Source: Calditrichia bacterium
Lineage (GTDB): Bacteria > Calditrichota > Calditrichia > RBG-13-44-9 > J075
Reading direction: 5' to 3'
Length of the DNA: 64,000 nucleotides
Assembly: GCA_050633245.1 (NCBI GenBank)
Contig: JBOEGD010000022.1
Coordinates: forward strand, 32,001-96,000
Below the pieces are notes generated by a model, which saw nothing but the letters and a program-made list of their open reading frames with translations, had not been told where the DNA came from and did not search any database. Both the position numbers and the translations under genes were made by a program. Positions within the stretch are counted from its first letter, which is position 1, and each line of letters begins with the position of its first letter. Below, one piece after another: positions 10,012 to 18,459 of this stretch.

Positions 10012-10078
10012 GGGGGTAGGTCGTGGCTGCGCCACTTGTAGGATACTCACTGCGTTCGTTGGTAGGATGTAGATGGAT
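10012..10078 (-). repeat. CCTACC/mini-hairpin mosaic element, reverse orientation
   Basis: Minus strand reads catctacatcctacc...cctacaa-gtggc-GCA-gccac-gacctaccccc. Confidence 0.55.
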
Positions 10079-10165
10079 GCAGGAGCTTTTATATCTGCTT
10101 TCATTAAAAAATGTCTTTATAAATTCTTAGTATGGTACTATAACGCTCTAATCTCGAAGACAATA

Positions 10166-11182
10166 CTAGAATGGCGGAGCAGATTCTGCACGGATGGCTC
10201 TAATATTAATTAGGTGTTTTTCTCCAAAAGGGGTTAACTTCCAATAAGTGTTTTGGTCGGAAACAGTCCTCTTTTTATTGCCATATGTTATCAAACCGAG
10301 CGCTTGGAGCTGAATCTTTATTGCATCAAATACAACATGATATATTACTATATCCTCATATTTATTAATTTTCTGTAACTCATGAGGAACTGTGTGCCAA
10401 TAGACCAATTGAACTTTTTCTCTAAACTGTTCTTCTGTACATTCACCCAACATGTCTGAGCCCACATAGGAAAATATATTGTTCCATGTGGCATTCAATT
10501 CTATTTCTACTACTTTCCCATTCTTATTAACTAACTCAGCATTTTGAGAAAGGGTTTCATTTCCTTTTGCTAAATATTCGAACTCAGAAGGAGGTTTAGT
10601 AATCGAAGAGTTTAATTCAGTTTCGAGCTCTACTATTTGTGATCTTAACTCCTCAAGTTTTCTAAACAACTTTTCATCTGCAGCATACTTGCCGGGTATC
10701 CAGCCATCTGCAGGATGCTTTTTTTTAAGTTGGACTAAACTTCGCGATACTTTTCCTCCAAGATCCTCTGCATTTTTCCAAAACTTACAATGTTTTTGCT
10801 GAGCTTTCTTCCTGAATAGCTCAAGCTTCTTAAGATTCACTTCGTTCTTTTCTAGTTTAGAACCAGTAAGTTGGTCTATATCATAATGAAGAAAGCATAA
10901 AATAGGCTTTTTAGTTTGCAGCGCATAATCAAACTCCATTTCTGTATAGCTAATTCCATCGGCGTTTTTACTACCATATTTACCGGAAATAATTAATAAA
11001 TAGTAATCTGAATTATCAATAACTTCCTTGATTAGAGTCCATGCATCTTCATCTGCTGCAGGAAACAACTCCATTCCTGCAGGAATGCAATCCAACTCCA
11101 ACAATGCATGAATAACATGTTGGCGTTCGTCTATTAGATCTCTATATGTAGATGAAACAAAAACTTGATGTTTTCTTTCCAT
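10166..11182 (-). CDS. DUF4062 domain-containing protein
   Basis: QVFVSSTYRDL..ER...PAGMELFPA...IDNSDYYLLIISGKYGS...SYTEMEFDYA; visibly AT-rich relative to its neighbours. Confidence 0.88.
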   Translation of the reverse strand: MERKHQVFVSSTYRDLIDERQHVIHALLELDCIPAGMELFPAADEDAWTLIKEVIDNSDYYLLIISGKYGSKNADGISYTEMEFDYALQTKKPILCFLHYDIDQLTGSKLEKNEVNLKKLELFRKKAQQKHCKFWKNAEDLGGKVSRSLVQLKKKHPADGWIPGKYAADEKLFRKLEELRSQIVELETELNSSITKPPSEFEYLAKGNETLSQNAELVNKNGKVVEIELNATWNNIFSYVGSDMLGECTEEQFREKVQLVYWHTVPHELQKINKYEDIVIYHVVFDAIKIQLQALGLITYGNKKRTVSDQNTYWKLTPFGEKHLINIRAIRAESAPPF

Positions 11183-11640
11183 GTTAATGTCCTATTAAGT
11201 TCAGGTATCGCTGTTAACATTAAACGCCTCATGTAACTGAAAGATATTGATATTTGGAATTTATGTTATATGTAAACATTCTGCTGAGATCACTATCATA
11301 AAAATGAAAACCTTATTCTTGAAGTGACATAATGATGTCTTCTAAATAGAAGTTCTGCTCGGAAATCCTTTATCTCGGTATTTTCCACTAAAATAAGTTC
11401 TGAGAGCTTGCCAACCAATAAAACCCTGATGATAATTAGTTGATTTTTACGGTTAAAAATATCAAGGTTAAATCGATGGTAGAGTGTGTTAATGTATTTA
11501 ACTACACTTTCCAAGTAGGCAGTGTACTACGAAGCCGATGTCTTTGTAATCTACATGCGCTCAGTCCTGTTTCGTTTTATTGTAAAGAGAACAACATTGT
11601 CTGCCTTGACGTTTGAAAAGACCGAAAGGTTGCCTTCCGT

Positions 11641-12126
11641 TCACTGTACCCGCTTTACAAAATCAAATGGAATACGCTGATCTCCGCCGAAAATGGCCGC
11701 GTTTATCTGATCACCATTGCGCATGTATTCAATCTTGGTTGGGAAGTCGTGCTCCGGGTTTTCGCAGGTAAAATTGTTTTCAGCGATTTTGGTTAGTTTG
11801 AAGACAACCGGCTTGGGGTTTCCAGCTCCAGCTACTTCCAATTGCCATGTATCCCCATGCTTTACCAACGACATATTTTCCTGAAACGTCGTGTCTTGCT
11901 GTTTTAGTGTAAAGCCATGTCCGGCGTATTCGGTATTGCTGGTTTTGGTCCACGTTTCATAGGTCTGCTTGCCTTCTTTGTCATTGCTGCGCTGCCATTC
12001 GCCGAGAAGCCAGTCGAAGTTTTCAGTCTTCGTAATGGGGGTCTTTTCTGGAACAGGTTCGCTTTGTTTATCTGTTTGGCAGGCGAAGGCTAAGGTCACA
12101 AATAGGATGAAGGAGATGATTTTCAT
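11641..12126 (-). CDS. Lipoprotein, DUF6265-like
   Basis: Lipobox LAFAC from ATG 12126; FDWLLGEW, YETW and CENPEHDFPTKIEY motifs. Confidence 0.75.
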   Translation of the reverse strand: MKIISFILFVTLAFACQTDKQSEPVPEKTPITKTENFDWLLGEWQRSNDKEGKQTYETWTKTSNTEYAGHGFTLKQQDTTFQENMSLVKHGDTWQLEVAGAGNPKPVVFKLTKIAENNFTCENPEHDFPTKIEYMRNGDQINAAIFGGDQRIPFDFVKRVQ

Positions 12127-12408
12127 GGGGGATCTTTCTTGGTTGGGCTGGGTTTGATGCGCACAATTGTGCGCCTGTAAGTTTTTTTTCTTATAAAATA
12201 TAGCTGCGAATTTTGGAGATCGCAATGTAAAAGCGGGTCCGGCCAAAATGGCTTTCCAAGCGGCAAAATTGTCATAAAACCCGAATTTCTTTCCGAGGCT
12301 CTGCCAAACGTCGGCAGACAATCGGCAATTTTTTCAGCAGGTCGATTTTTTCAATAAAAACAACGTAAATCATTAATAAATAACGTTTTGCGCGTCGTGG
12401 TTTGCAGT

Positions 12409-12423
12409 TGGCATGTGGTTTGT
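12409..12423 (+). promoter_or_regulatory. Putative sigma54 (-24/-12) promoter of the Hsp20 operon
   Basis: TGGCAT-N5-TTGT about 95 nt before the ATG; palindromic GCCAAAATGGC-like sites upstream at 12241-12320. Confidence 0.55.
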
Positions 12424-12518
12424 CTTATAGCTGATCGAAGTTGAGATAGAAAAATTGACATGAAGCGAAGTTTTGAACATAAAAAAGCAACACAACTCTT
12501 AATTAAGGAGAATTTACT

Positions 12519-12941
12519 ATGAGTTATACCAATTATTACACACCGGTTGATTTGCAAAAAGAAGTTGATCGCATTTTTGGTGGTTTTATAAATCGCCGCG
12601 TTATCGATAGAATGGACAGTTTTACTCCGCGTATCGACGTCGCTGAAACTGATGCTGCCTTTATTCTGGAGGTGGAAGCTCCGGGACTCAGCAAAGAAGA
12701 CATCAACGTTGTGGTGGAAGAGGGTGTTCTAACGATTTCAGGTGAGCGCAAGAATAATGAAGACGTGAAATACCTGCAGCGCGAAAGCGGTTATGGCACA
12801 TTCAGTCGCGCCTTTAATGTTGGCGACCGCATCGAGGCTGAGAAAGTTACCGCCAGCTATAAAGATGGAGTTTTGACTCTGAACCTGCCGAAGGCAGAGA
12901 AGGTCAAGCCAAAGTCCATTAAAGTAAAAGCCGGCAAATAA
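12519..12941 (+). CDS. Small heat shock protein, Hsp20/alpha-crystallin family
   Basis: PRIDVAET, EAPGLSKEDI, RESGYGTFSRAF and ASYKDGVLTLNLPK motifs; AAGGAG RBS. Confidence 0.95.
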   Translation: MSYTNYYTPVDLQKEVDRIFGGFINRRVIDRMDSFTPRIDVAETDAAFILEVEAPGLSKEDINVVVEEGVLTISGERKNNEDVKYLQRESGYGTFSRAFNVGDRIEAEKVTASYKDGVLTLNLPKAEKVKPKSIKVKAGK

Positions 12942-12981
12942 AGAATTTCAAACAGGTATTTCTGAAAAGGAGGACAAGACC

Positions 12982-13425
12982 ATGAAAATGATAAAATGGC
13001 ATCCAAATAGACGCTTTTTAAATGTGAACAACGATATGCACAGTATGATGGACCGGTTTTTCTCGCCGGAGATTCACGGTAATGTGAGTCATCATCACTG
13101 GATTCCGCAACTGGACGTGTTAGAGAATGACAATGACTATCAGGTTGCTTTAGAGCTACCTGGTCTTGGCAAGGAAGACGTGTCAATTACGCTTGTGGAG
13201 AGCAAGTTGACCATTGAAGGTGAAAAGAAGCAGGTTGAGAAAACGGAAGATAAGCAACTGCATCGCGTAGAGCGTCGCTTCGGCAAGTTTCAGCGCCAAA
13301 TACAACTGCCTGATCTCGTTGATCAGGATAATATAGATGCGACCTTTAAAGATGGTATTCTTACCATCACGCTGCCGAAATCGGAGCAGGCTAAGCCGAA
13401 AACGATCAGCATAAAGGTTTCCTAG
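12982..13425 (+). CDS. Small heat shock protein, Hsp20/alpha-crystallin family
   Basis: PQLDVLE, ELPGL, HRVERRFGKFQR and ATFKDGILTITLPK motifs; AGGAGG RBS. Confidence 0.95.
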   Translation: MKMIKWHPNRRFLNVNNDMHSMMDRFFSPEIHGNVSHHHWIPQLDVLENDNDYQVALELPGLGKEDVSITLVESKLTIEGEKKQVEKTEDKQLHRVERRFGKFQRQIQLPDLVDQDNIDATFKDGILTITLPKSEQAKPKTISIKVS

Positions 13426-13452
13426 TGAATCCCTGCTGGGTTGGGTAAACAC

Positions 13453-13488
13453 AAAGGGCGTCCCGATTTCTCGGGACGCCCTTTTTTA
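13453..13488 (+). terminator. Rho-independent terminator, likely bidirectional
   Basis: aaagggcgtcccga-tttc-tcgggacgcccttttttat between convergent genes. Confidence 0.9.
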
Positions 13489-13510
13489 TGCACAAATAGA
13501 TGGGGATGAA

Positions 13511-14218
13511 TTAATCATCCCCACCACCAAATGCCATCAGAATATTCAGAATTGCCGTGAAAACATTAAATAAACCGGCAAAAAGCATAATAGCCCCGAT
13601 GATCGGACTGTCGATGCCTTCATCATATAGAATATCTGATGTGGCGTAAACCAGAATCATTACACCAAAGATACCGATCCCCGCACTGATGAGAATTCCC
13701 AGCATGCCGCCAGGCATCCACATATTTAGTACGACAGCCCCAATAAGGGCTATGAACATACCACCCATAAGGCCTTTTGGTGCAGAATAGCGTTTGCCGG
13801 ATGTCCAGATAATTGCCGTTACCGCTGTGAATATTAGAAGCGTCATTAAGCCGGCTTTTAGAACCAGGCTATAGTCGCCTGCCATAAGTGCGGCAATTGC
13901 AACTGCTGGCCCCAAAACAATTCCAGCTAAAAAGCCATCCAACAACAATAGTGGAAATCCCAATACGGGATTATGGCGAGCAGTAATTGCCAGATACGGC
14001 ACGGCATTGATAACTACCAAAGCCAATACCCATCCATACCATTTCGAAAATAAATTCAGAATAAACGGTGTTGTTGAACCGATATAGGCTCCAACACCCG
14101 CAGCTGCAACAGCCCAAAATAAATGTCCATATGTGGCCTTGACTAATGCGGCTCGTTCCGTGCTAAGCTCTGTTGTATGTTGCATGCGTTCGGCGACGCT
14201 TAGATCGCGATCTTCCAT
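13511..14218 (-). CDS. Bax inhibitor-1/YccA family membrane protein
   Basis: About 7 hydrophobic segments; ER..LVKATYGHL N-terminus, VYATSDIL, and LFAGLFNVF..IL.IL C-terminus. Confidence 0.85.
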   Translation of the reverse strand: MEDRDLSVAERMQHTTELSTERAALVKATYGHLFWAVAAAGVGAYIGSTTPFILNLFSKWYGWVLALVVINAVPYLAITARHNPVLGFPLLLLDGFLAGIVLGPAVAIAALMAGDYSLVLKAGLMTLLIFTAVTAIIWTSGKRYSAPKGLMGGMFIALIGAVVLNMWMPGGMLGILISAGIGIFGVMILVYATSDILYDEGIDSPIIGAIMLFAGLFNVFTAILNILMAFGGGDD

Positions 14219-14352
14219 CTCTCAAACTCCTCCTAAAAGTTGATGAATTTTAAAAAACTACGCTAATCGATTCTAAAATGCAAGACTGATTGCAACTGAA
14301 ACGTCTGATTTGTATGTTTAACCACTCACCCCAAAAAGCCAAAGGAATTGCC

Positions 14353-16362
14353 ATGAGTAGCAAACAATTTCGCACTACCTGCGTGATGGATTGTCCAGAT
14401 ACCTGTGCCTTGGATGTTACAGTCGATGACGGTAAAATTACCGCTATTCGCGGTGCTCGTGGACGACACCCGGATACTGCCGGTTTTATTTGCACCAAGG
14501 TTTCACGTTACCACAAGCGCATCTATCACCCCGACCGTTTGAAGTATCCAATGCGTAGAGTTGGTGAAAAGGGCCGTGGGGAATTTGAGCGGATTAGCTG
14601 GGATGACGCAATTTCGGAAATCACTGAACGCTTTCGCAAAATCAGTGCGCGTTGGGGCGGTGAAGCTATCTTTCCGTACCACTACGGTGGTTCAAATGGC
14701 CTGTTGGCAGATGAGTTCATGGACCATCTTTATTTTTCCAGACTGGGCGCATCCCGCTGTATGAAAACGCTATGCGCTGCACCTACAACTGCGGTTGCTT
14801 CCGGTATGTATGGAAAGATGCCGGGCGTAGCTTTTGAGGATTATCTGAAGGCGAAGTTCATTCTGGTCTGGGGAGCCAATCCGAAAGTTTCGAATATTCA
14901 CCTAATGCCTTATTTGCGAAAGGCAAAACGAGCCGGAGCATTTGTCGCCGTTGTCGATCCACGTCGCAATTTTAGTGAAGATGAAGTTGATATGCATTTG
15001 CCGGTGATGCCGGGTGGCGATTTACCGTTGGCTCTGGGAATGATTAATCATTGGCAGCGTAACCACAACTTGGATCATGATTTTCTAAAAAGTCATGCTG
15101 AGAATCTGGATGTGTTGCTGCGAGCAGCTTCCGATTGGCCAGTAGAACGAGCGGCGGCAAAAAGTGGTGTGTCTGAAGAGATGATTGCCGAACTGGCAGA
15201 TCGGTATGCAGAAGCCAGCCCGGCGGTGCTTCGTTGTGGTTGGGGGCTGGAGCGCAATAAAAATGGTGGACAGGCGGTGGCCGCAATTCTGGCAATGCCT
15301 TCATTGCTTGGAAAGTTCGGTGTGCGCGGTGGTGGCTATACCATGAGCAATGGCGGGGCCGTGTCATTCGATAAGTCGAAGGTCTTGGGTGAGCTGGACT
15401 GGAATACGCGTGAGATTAATCAGACGCGTTTGGGTGAAGCTCTTTTACCTGAATTGAAAACGCCGGTTAAGGCGTTGTTCGTTTATAACTGTAATCCGGT
15501 TGCTACCGTACCAGATCAGAATGCTGTTGTGCGTGGGCTCATGCGTCAGGATCTTTTTACGGTCGTTTTTGAGCAGGTAATGACCGATACCGCGCCATAT
15601 GCAGACATATTGCTGCCTGCGGTGACATTTTTAGAGCAGCATGAGTTGAAGAGAGGGTACGGCAGTTATACGATTGGTGGAATGCAGCTGGTGATTGATG
15701 CAGTTGGTGAGGCGAAACCAAATGAAGAGGTCTTTGCCATGTTGGGGCGTGCCATGGGGTGGAACGATGGAGCCTTTGCACTCGATACCAATGCGCTTAT
15801 GAAAAAATCTGCTGCCGCGCTAACACTGCCAGACGGTAGTTCCGGTAGCTCTGAATTACTTAGTGGTGGTTCGCAAGACGTTAAATTTGATGGCGAAAAT
15901 CCTATTCAATTTAAATCGGTTCTGCCACGCACAAAAAATGGCAAAGTGAATCTGGCTCCCGATGCTTTGGGGGATGCACCTTATCGTTTCGAAAGAATTG
16001 TCTCGGACGAATATCCGCTGGCATTGATTACACCTGGTAATGAAAAAATGATATCCAGCAGTTTCGGTGAATTCAACTATCCAGAACTTTGGATGACCAT
16101 GAACTCAGAGGATGCTGCTTCACGTAATTTAACAGATGGTGCCAGCGTTCGGGTGTTTAATGAACTTGGTGAAGTGGCTTGTAAGGTTAAAATAAAAAAT
16201 ACGGTTCGGCCGGGCGTTGTTAGCATGCCGAAAGGTGCCTGGAAAAAGAGCTCGTTAAATGGTAGTACATCGACTGCACTTTGCCCATCCGATACCAATG
16301 TTGTTGGCGGCGGTGCTTGTTATAATGATGCGCGTGTTGAGGTAGAGCTGTTAGAGAAATAG
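14353..16362 (+). CDS. Molybdopterin-dependent oxidoreductase, catalytic subunit
   Basis: CxxDCPDTC...C Fe-S motif; RLKYPMRR, RISWDDA, WGANP, MTDTAPYADILLPA; C-terminal molydop-binding domain. Confidence 0.92.
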   Translation: MSSKQFRTTCVMDCPDTCALDVTVDDGKITAIRGARGRHPDTAGFICTKVSRYHKRIYHPDRLKYPMRRVGEKGRGEFERISWDDAISEITERFRKISARWGGEAIFPYHYGGSNGLLADEFMDHLYFSRLGASRCMKTLCAAPTTAVASGMYGKMPGVAFEDYLKAKFILVWGANPKVSNIHLMPYLRKAKRAGAFVAVVDPRRNFSEDEVDMHLPVMPGGDLPLALGMINHWQRNHNLDHDFLKSHAENLDVLLRAASDWPVERAAAKSGVSEEMIAELADRYAEASPAVLRCGWGLERNKNGGQAVAAILAMPSLLGKFGVRGGGYTMSNGGAVSFDKSKVLGELDWNTREINQTRLGEALLPELKTPVKALFVYNCNPVATVPDQNAVVRGLMRQDLFTVVFEQVMTDTAPYADILLPAVTFLEQHELKRGYGSYTIGGMQLVIDAVGEAKPNEEVFAMLGRAMGWNDGAFALDTNALMKKSAAALTLPDGSSGSSELLSGGSQDVKFDGENPIQFKSVLPRTKNGKVNLAPDALGDAPYRFERIVSDEYPLALITPGNEKMISSSFGEFNYPELWMTMNSEDAASRNLTDGASVRVFNELGEVACKVKIKNTVRPGVVSMPKGAWKKSSLNGSTSTALCPSDTNVVGGGACYNDARVEVELLEK

Positions 16363-16378
16363 AGCGAGAAAAAAGTAT

Positions 16379-16412
16379 AAAACCGGAGCCATTTTAAAAA
16401 TGGCTCCGGTTT
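16379..16412. terminator. Palindrome, terminator or variant of the REP family
   Basis: aaaccggagccatttt-a-aaaatggctccggttt. Confidence 0.7.
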
Positions 16413-16478
16413 GCAATTCTGATAATCAAATTGAGAATTTTTGAAAGGTTTCAAAATTGGGGTTGTTTTTTCTAATAA

Positions 16479-16715
16479 AGACTGCTCCATTCTGACAATG
16501 CTCCAGTCTGGTTCGAAAACTCAAGGTTTGTCCGCTACTTCGCTGCCTCAGCGAGGTGTCAGTTCTTAAAAGTATTTAGGTCCATTAAATGGCGCTTTCT
16601 TGGGCTTTGCTGCAATCTTTCTCAAAAAGAGTTCAAAATATTGTCCAAACTTTCTAAGTAATAGTACCAACTTTTTTTGAATAGACTGCTCCATTCTGAC
16701 AATGCTCCAGTCTGG
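16479..16715. repeat. 33-bp exact direct repeat built from REP half-arms
   Basis: agactgctccattctgacaatgctccagtctgg at 16479-16511 and 16683-16715. Confidence 0.85.
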
Positions 16716-16746
16716 CAGTAAAAATTACGATTTACCAAAATATCCA

Positions 16747-17343
16747 ATGCAAAAAAAACATCTACATAAATTCCGTTGTTTCGTAAATCAACTGATATCT
16801 CCAAGTGATGATGAATGGCAAGCCTTGGCCGAGTGTTTAGTGTATCAAGAGCTTCCCCGGAAGAGTTTTTTCTGTGAGCCGGGTGATATTGCAAATACAG
16901 TTGGATTCGTCGCGGAAGGCGCGTTCCGCAACTATGTCGTAAAAGATGGGGTTGAGATTGTCCGATACTTTATCTTTGAGAATGACTTTGTGTCTGAGTA
17001 TAAAAGTTTTTTAACGAAACAACCCTCGCAGGAATACATGCAGGTGATTGAGGATGCAAAATTACTGACCTTTACCGATAAAGATTTACAAGCGCTGTAT
17101 GATGCTTATCCGATATGGGAACGCTATGGGCGTTTAATTTCCGAGGGGCTATTTGTCTTGCTCTCTCAGCGTATCAATAACTTGCTTCTGGAATCTCCCG
17201 AGGAACGCTACTTGTCATTACTGCGAGAAACGCCTGAAGTCTTCCAGCGCGTTCCGCAATATATGATTGCTTCTTTTTTAGGCATGACACCTGAAACATT
17301 AAGCCGAATTCGGCGTCGAATTACTGAGGGAGAAATTTCTTGA
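16747..17343 (+). CDS. Crp/Fnr family transcriptional regulator
   Basis: cNMP-binding region (FVAEGAFRNY) and SPEERY...VPQYMIASFLGMTPETLSRIR HTH. Confidence 0.92.
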   Translation: MQKKHLHKFRCFVNQLISPSDDEWQALAECLVYQELPRKSFFCEPGDIANTVGFVAEGAFRNYVVKDGVEIVRYFIFENDFVSEYKSFLTKQPSQEYMQVIEDAKLLTFTDKDLQALYDAYPIWERYGRLISEGLFVLLSQRINNLLLESPEERYLSLLRETPEVFQRVPQYMIASFLGMTPETLSRIRRRITEGEIS

Positions 17344-17409
17344 TTTAAGTCAATGACTTTTTCCCGCCCTCATCTCTATTTTGATGCAAATCCAAGCAGG
17401 AGAATTCTC

Positions 17410-18285
17410 ATGACCCAGTTGGCTTATCGCCTTCGGCAACCTTTTCCGCTTTCTATCCAATTTTCCCGCAGCTTTCCAACAATCTTAGGATTTGGAACCT
17501 ATGTGGTTCTGTTTTTGTTCCTGTTCACACCATTTGGGATTGAGGAAAACGCAACGCTTCAAATTCAGTTGATAATGTTTGGCTATGGAATCGTTGTTAT
17601 GCTGGTTATGGGATTGAATTTCTATTGCCTTCCGGTTTTTTTTCCATCCATTTTTTCTGAAGAGCAATGGAGTTTAGGTAGAGAGTTAAGCTGGTTGGCT
17701 TGGAATACGATCACCTGTTGTGTTGGGGTGGGAATCTATGGCGTTGCAAGTGCTATTCCAGAATGCGAAACAACATTTCTCGAACGCTTTGGAGAGGGAT
17801 TGTTGCTAACGTCATTACCATTGTCAATATATTTACTTTGGTCATACAATGGTATGATTGGCAAGAAGCTGGCAACGATGCGCATGCAAAATCCGCAAAC
17901 TGTGACATTACAGGAAGAGCCAATCGCCTCTAAAAGTATCTCTTTGAGCTCTGAAAGTGAAAGCGAGCACCTTTCTCTACCGCTTAATGCACTACGCTTT
18001 GTAGAATCGCGTGACAACTATTGCCTGATCGTCTGGTGGGATGGGAAAAAGCTGCGAAAACAATTGCTTCGGTCAAGCCTGAAACGACTCGTCGATCAGA
18101 TAAAGCATCCTGAAGTTCGCCGTTGCCACCGATCATATCTTGTAAACCTTTCTCAGGTTGAAGACATTAGAGGCAACTCACGTGGCTATCGTCTCTATTT
18201 ACATAATTGTTCGGAAGAAGTGCCGGTGTCTCGCGAAAACGGTCGTGCAATTAAGGAGGTGCTGAAGTCCGAAGTAGCCGCCTGA
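17410..18285 (+). CDS. Membrane-anchored LytTR family transcriptional regulator
   Basis: Four TM segments followed by FVESRDNYC...RCHRSYLVNL...VPVSR. Confidence 0.9.
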   Translation: MTQLAYRLRQPFPLSIQFSRSFPTILGFGTYVVLFLFLFTPFGIEENATLQIQLIMFGYGIVVMLVMGLNFYCLPVFFPSIFSEEQWSLGRELSWLAWNTITCCVGVGIYGVASAIPECETTFLERFGEGLLLTSLPLSIYLLWSYNGMIGKKLATMRMQNPQTVTLQEEPIASKSISLSSESESEHLSLPLNALRFVESRDNYCLIVWWDGKKLRKQLLRSSLKRLVDQIKHPEVRRCHRSYLVNLSQVEDIRGNSRGYRLYLHNCSEEVPVSRENGRAIKEVLKSEVAA

Positions 18286-18315
18286 GCGCGTAAAAACGCG
18301 CTTTACCCTTCCCGT

Positions 18316-18343
18316 TTATCCCAGAATAGCACAACTTATCCCA
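18316..18343 (+). promoter_or_regulatory. Putative LytTR binding direct repeat
   Basis: TTATCCCA twice at a 20-nt period between the LytTR gene and the TonB receptor gene. Confidence 0.5.
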
Positions 18344-18459
18344 TAATTCCCCACGACTTGATTCTTTTTTCTATCTTCCGGCGTGCTGCTGAAAAGGCAG
18401 CCACTCACAATAGCTTAATACTCGACAAAACATGGCTTAAATATGTTCTGGAGGATGAA

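Noticed and set aside
10130-11280. Integron cassette boundaries around DUF4062
   Set aside because: Isolated TAAC/GTTA words exist, but I could not build a paired attC structure and there is no integrase.
11296-11514. 72-aa ORF
   Set aside because: No recognisable motif or RBS; at most a remnant.
14353-16362. Selenocysteine formate dehydrogenase
   Set aside because: No in-frame TGA; the motifs fit an uncharacterised Cys-type molybdopterin oxidoreductase.
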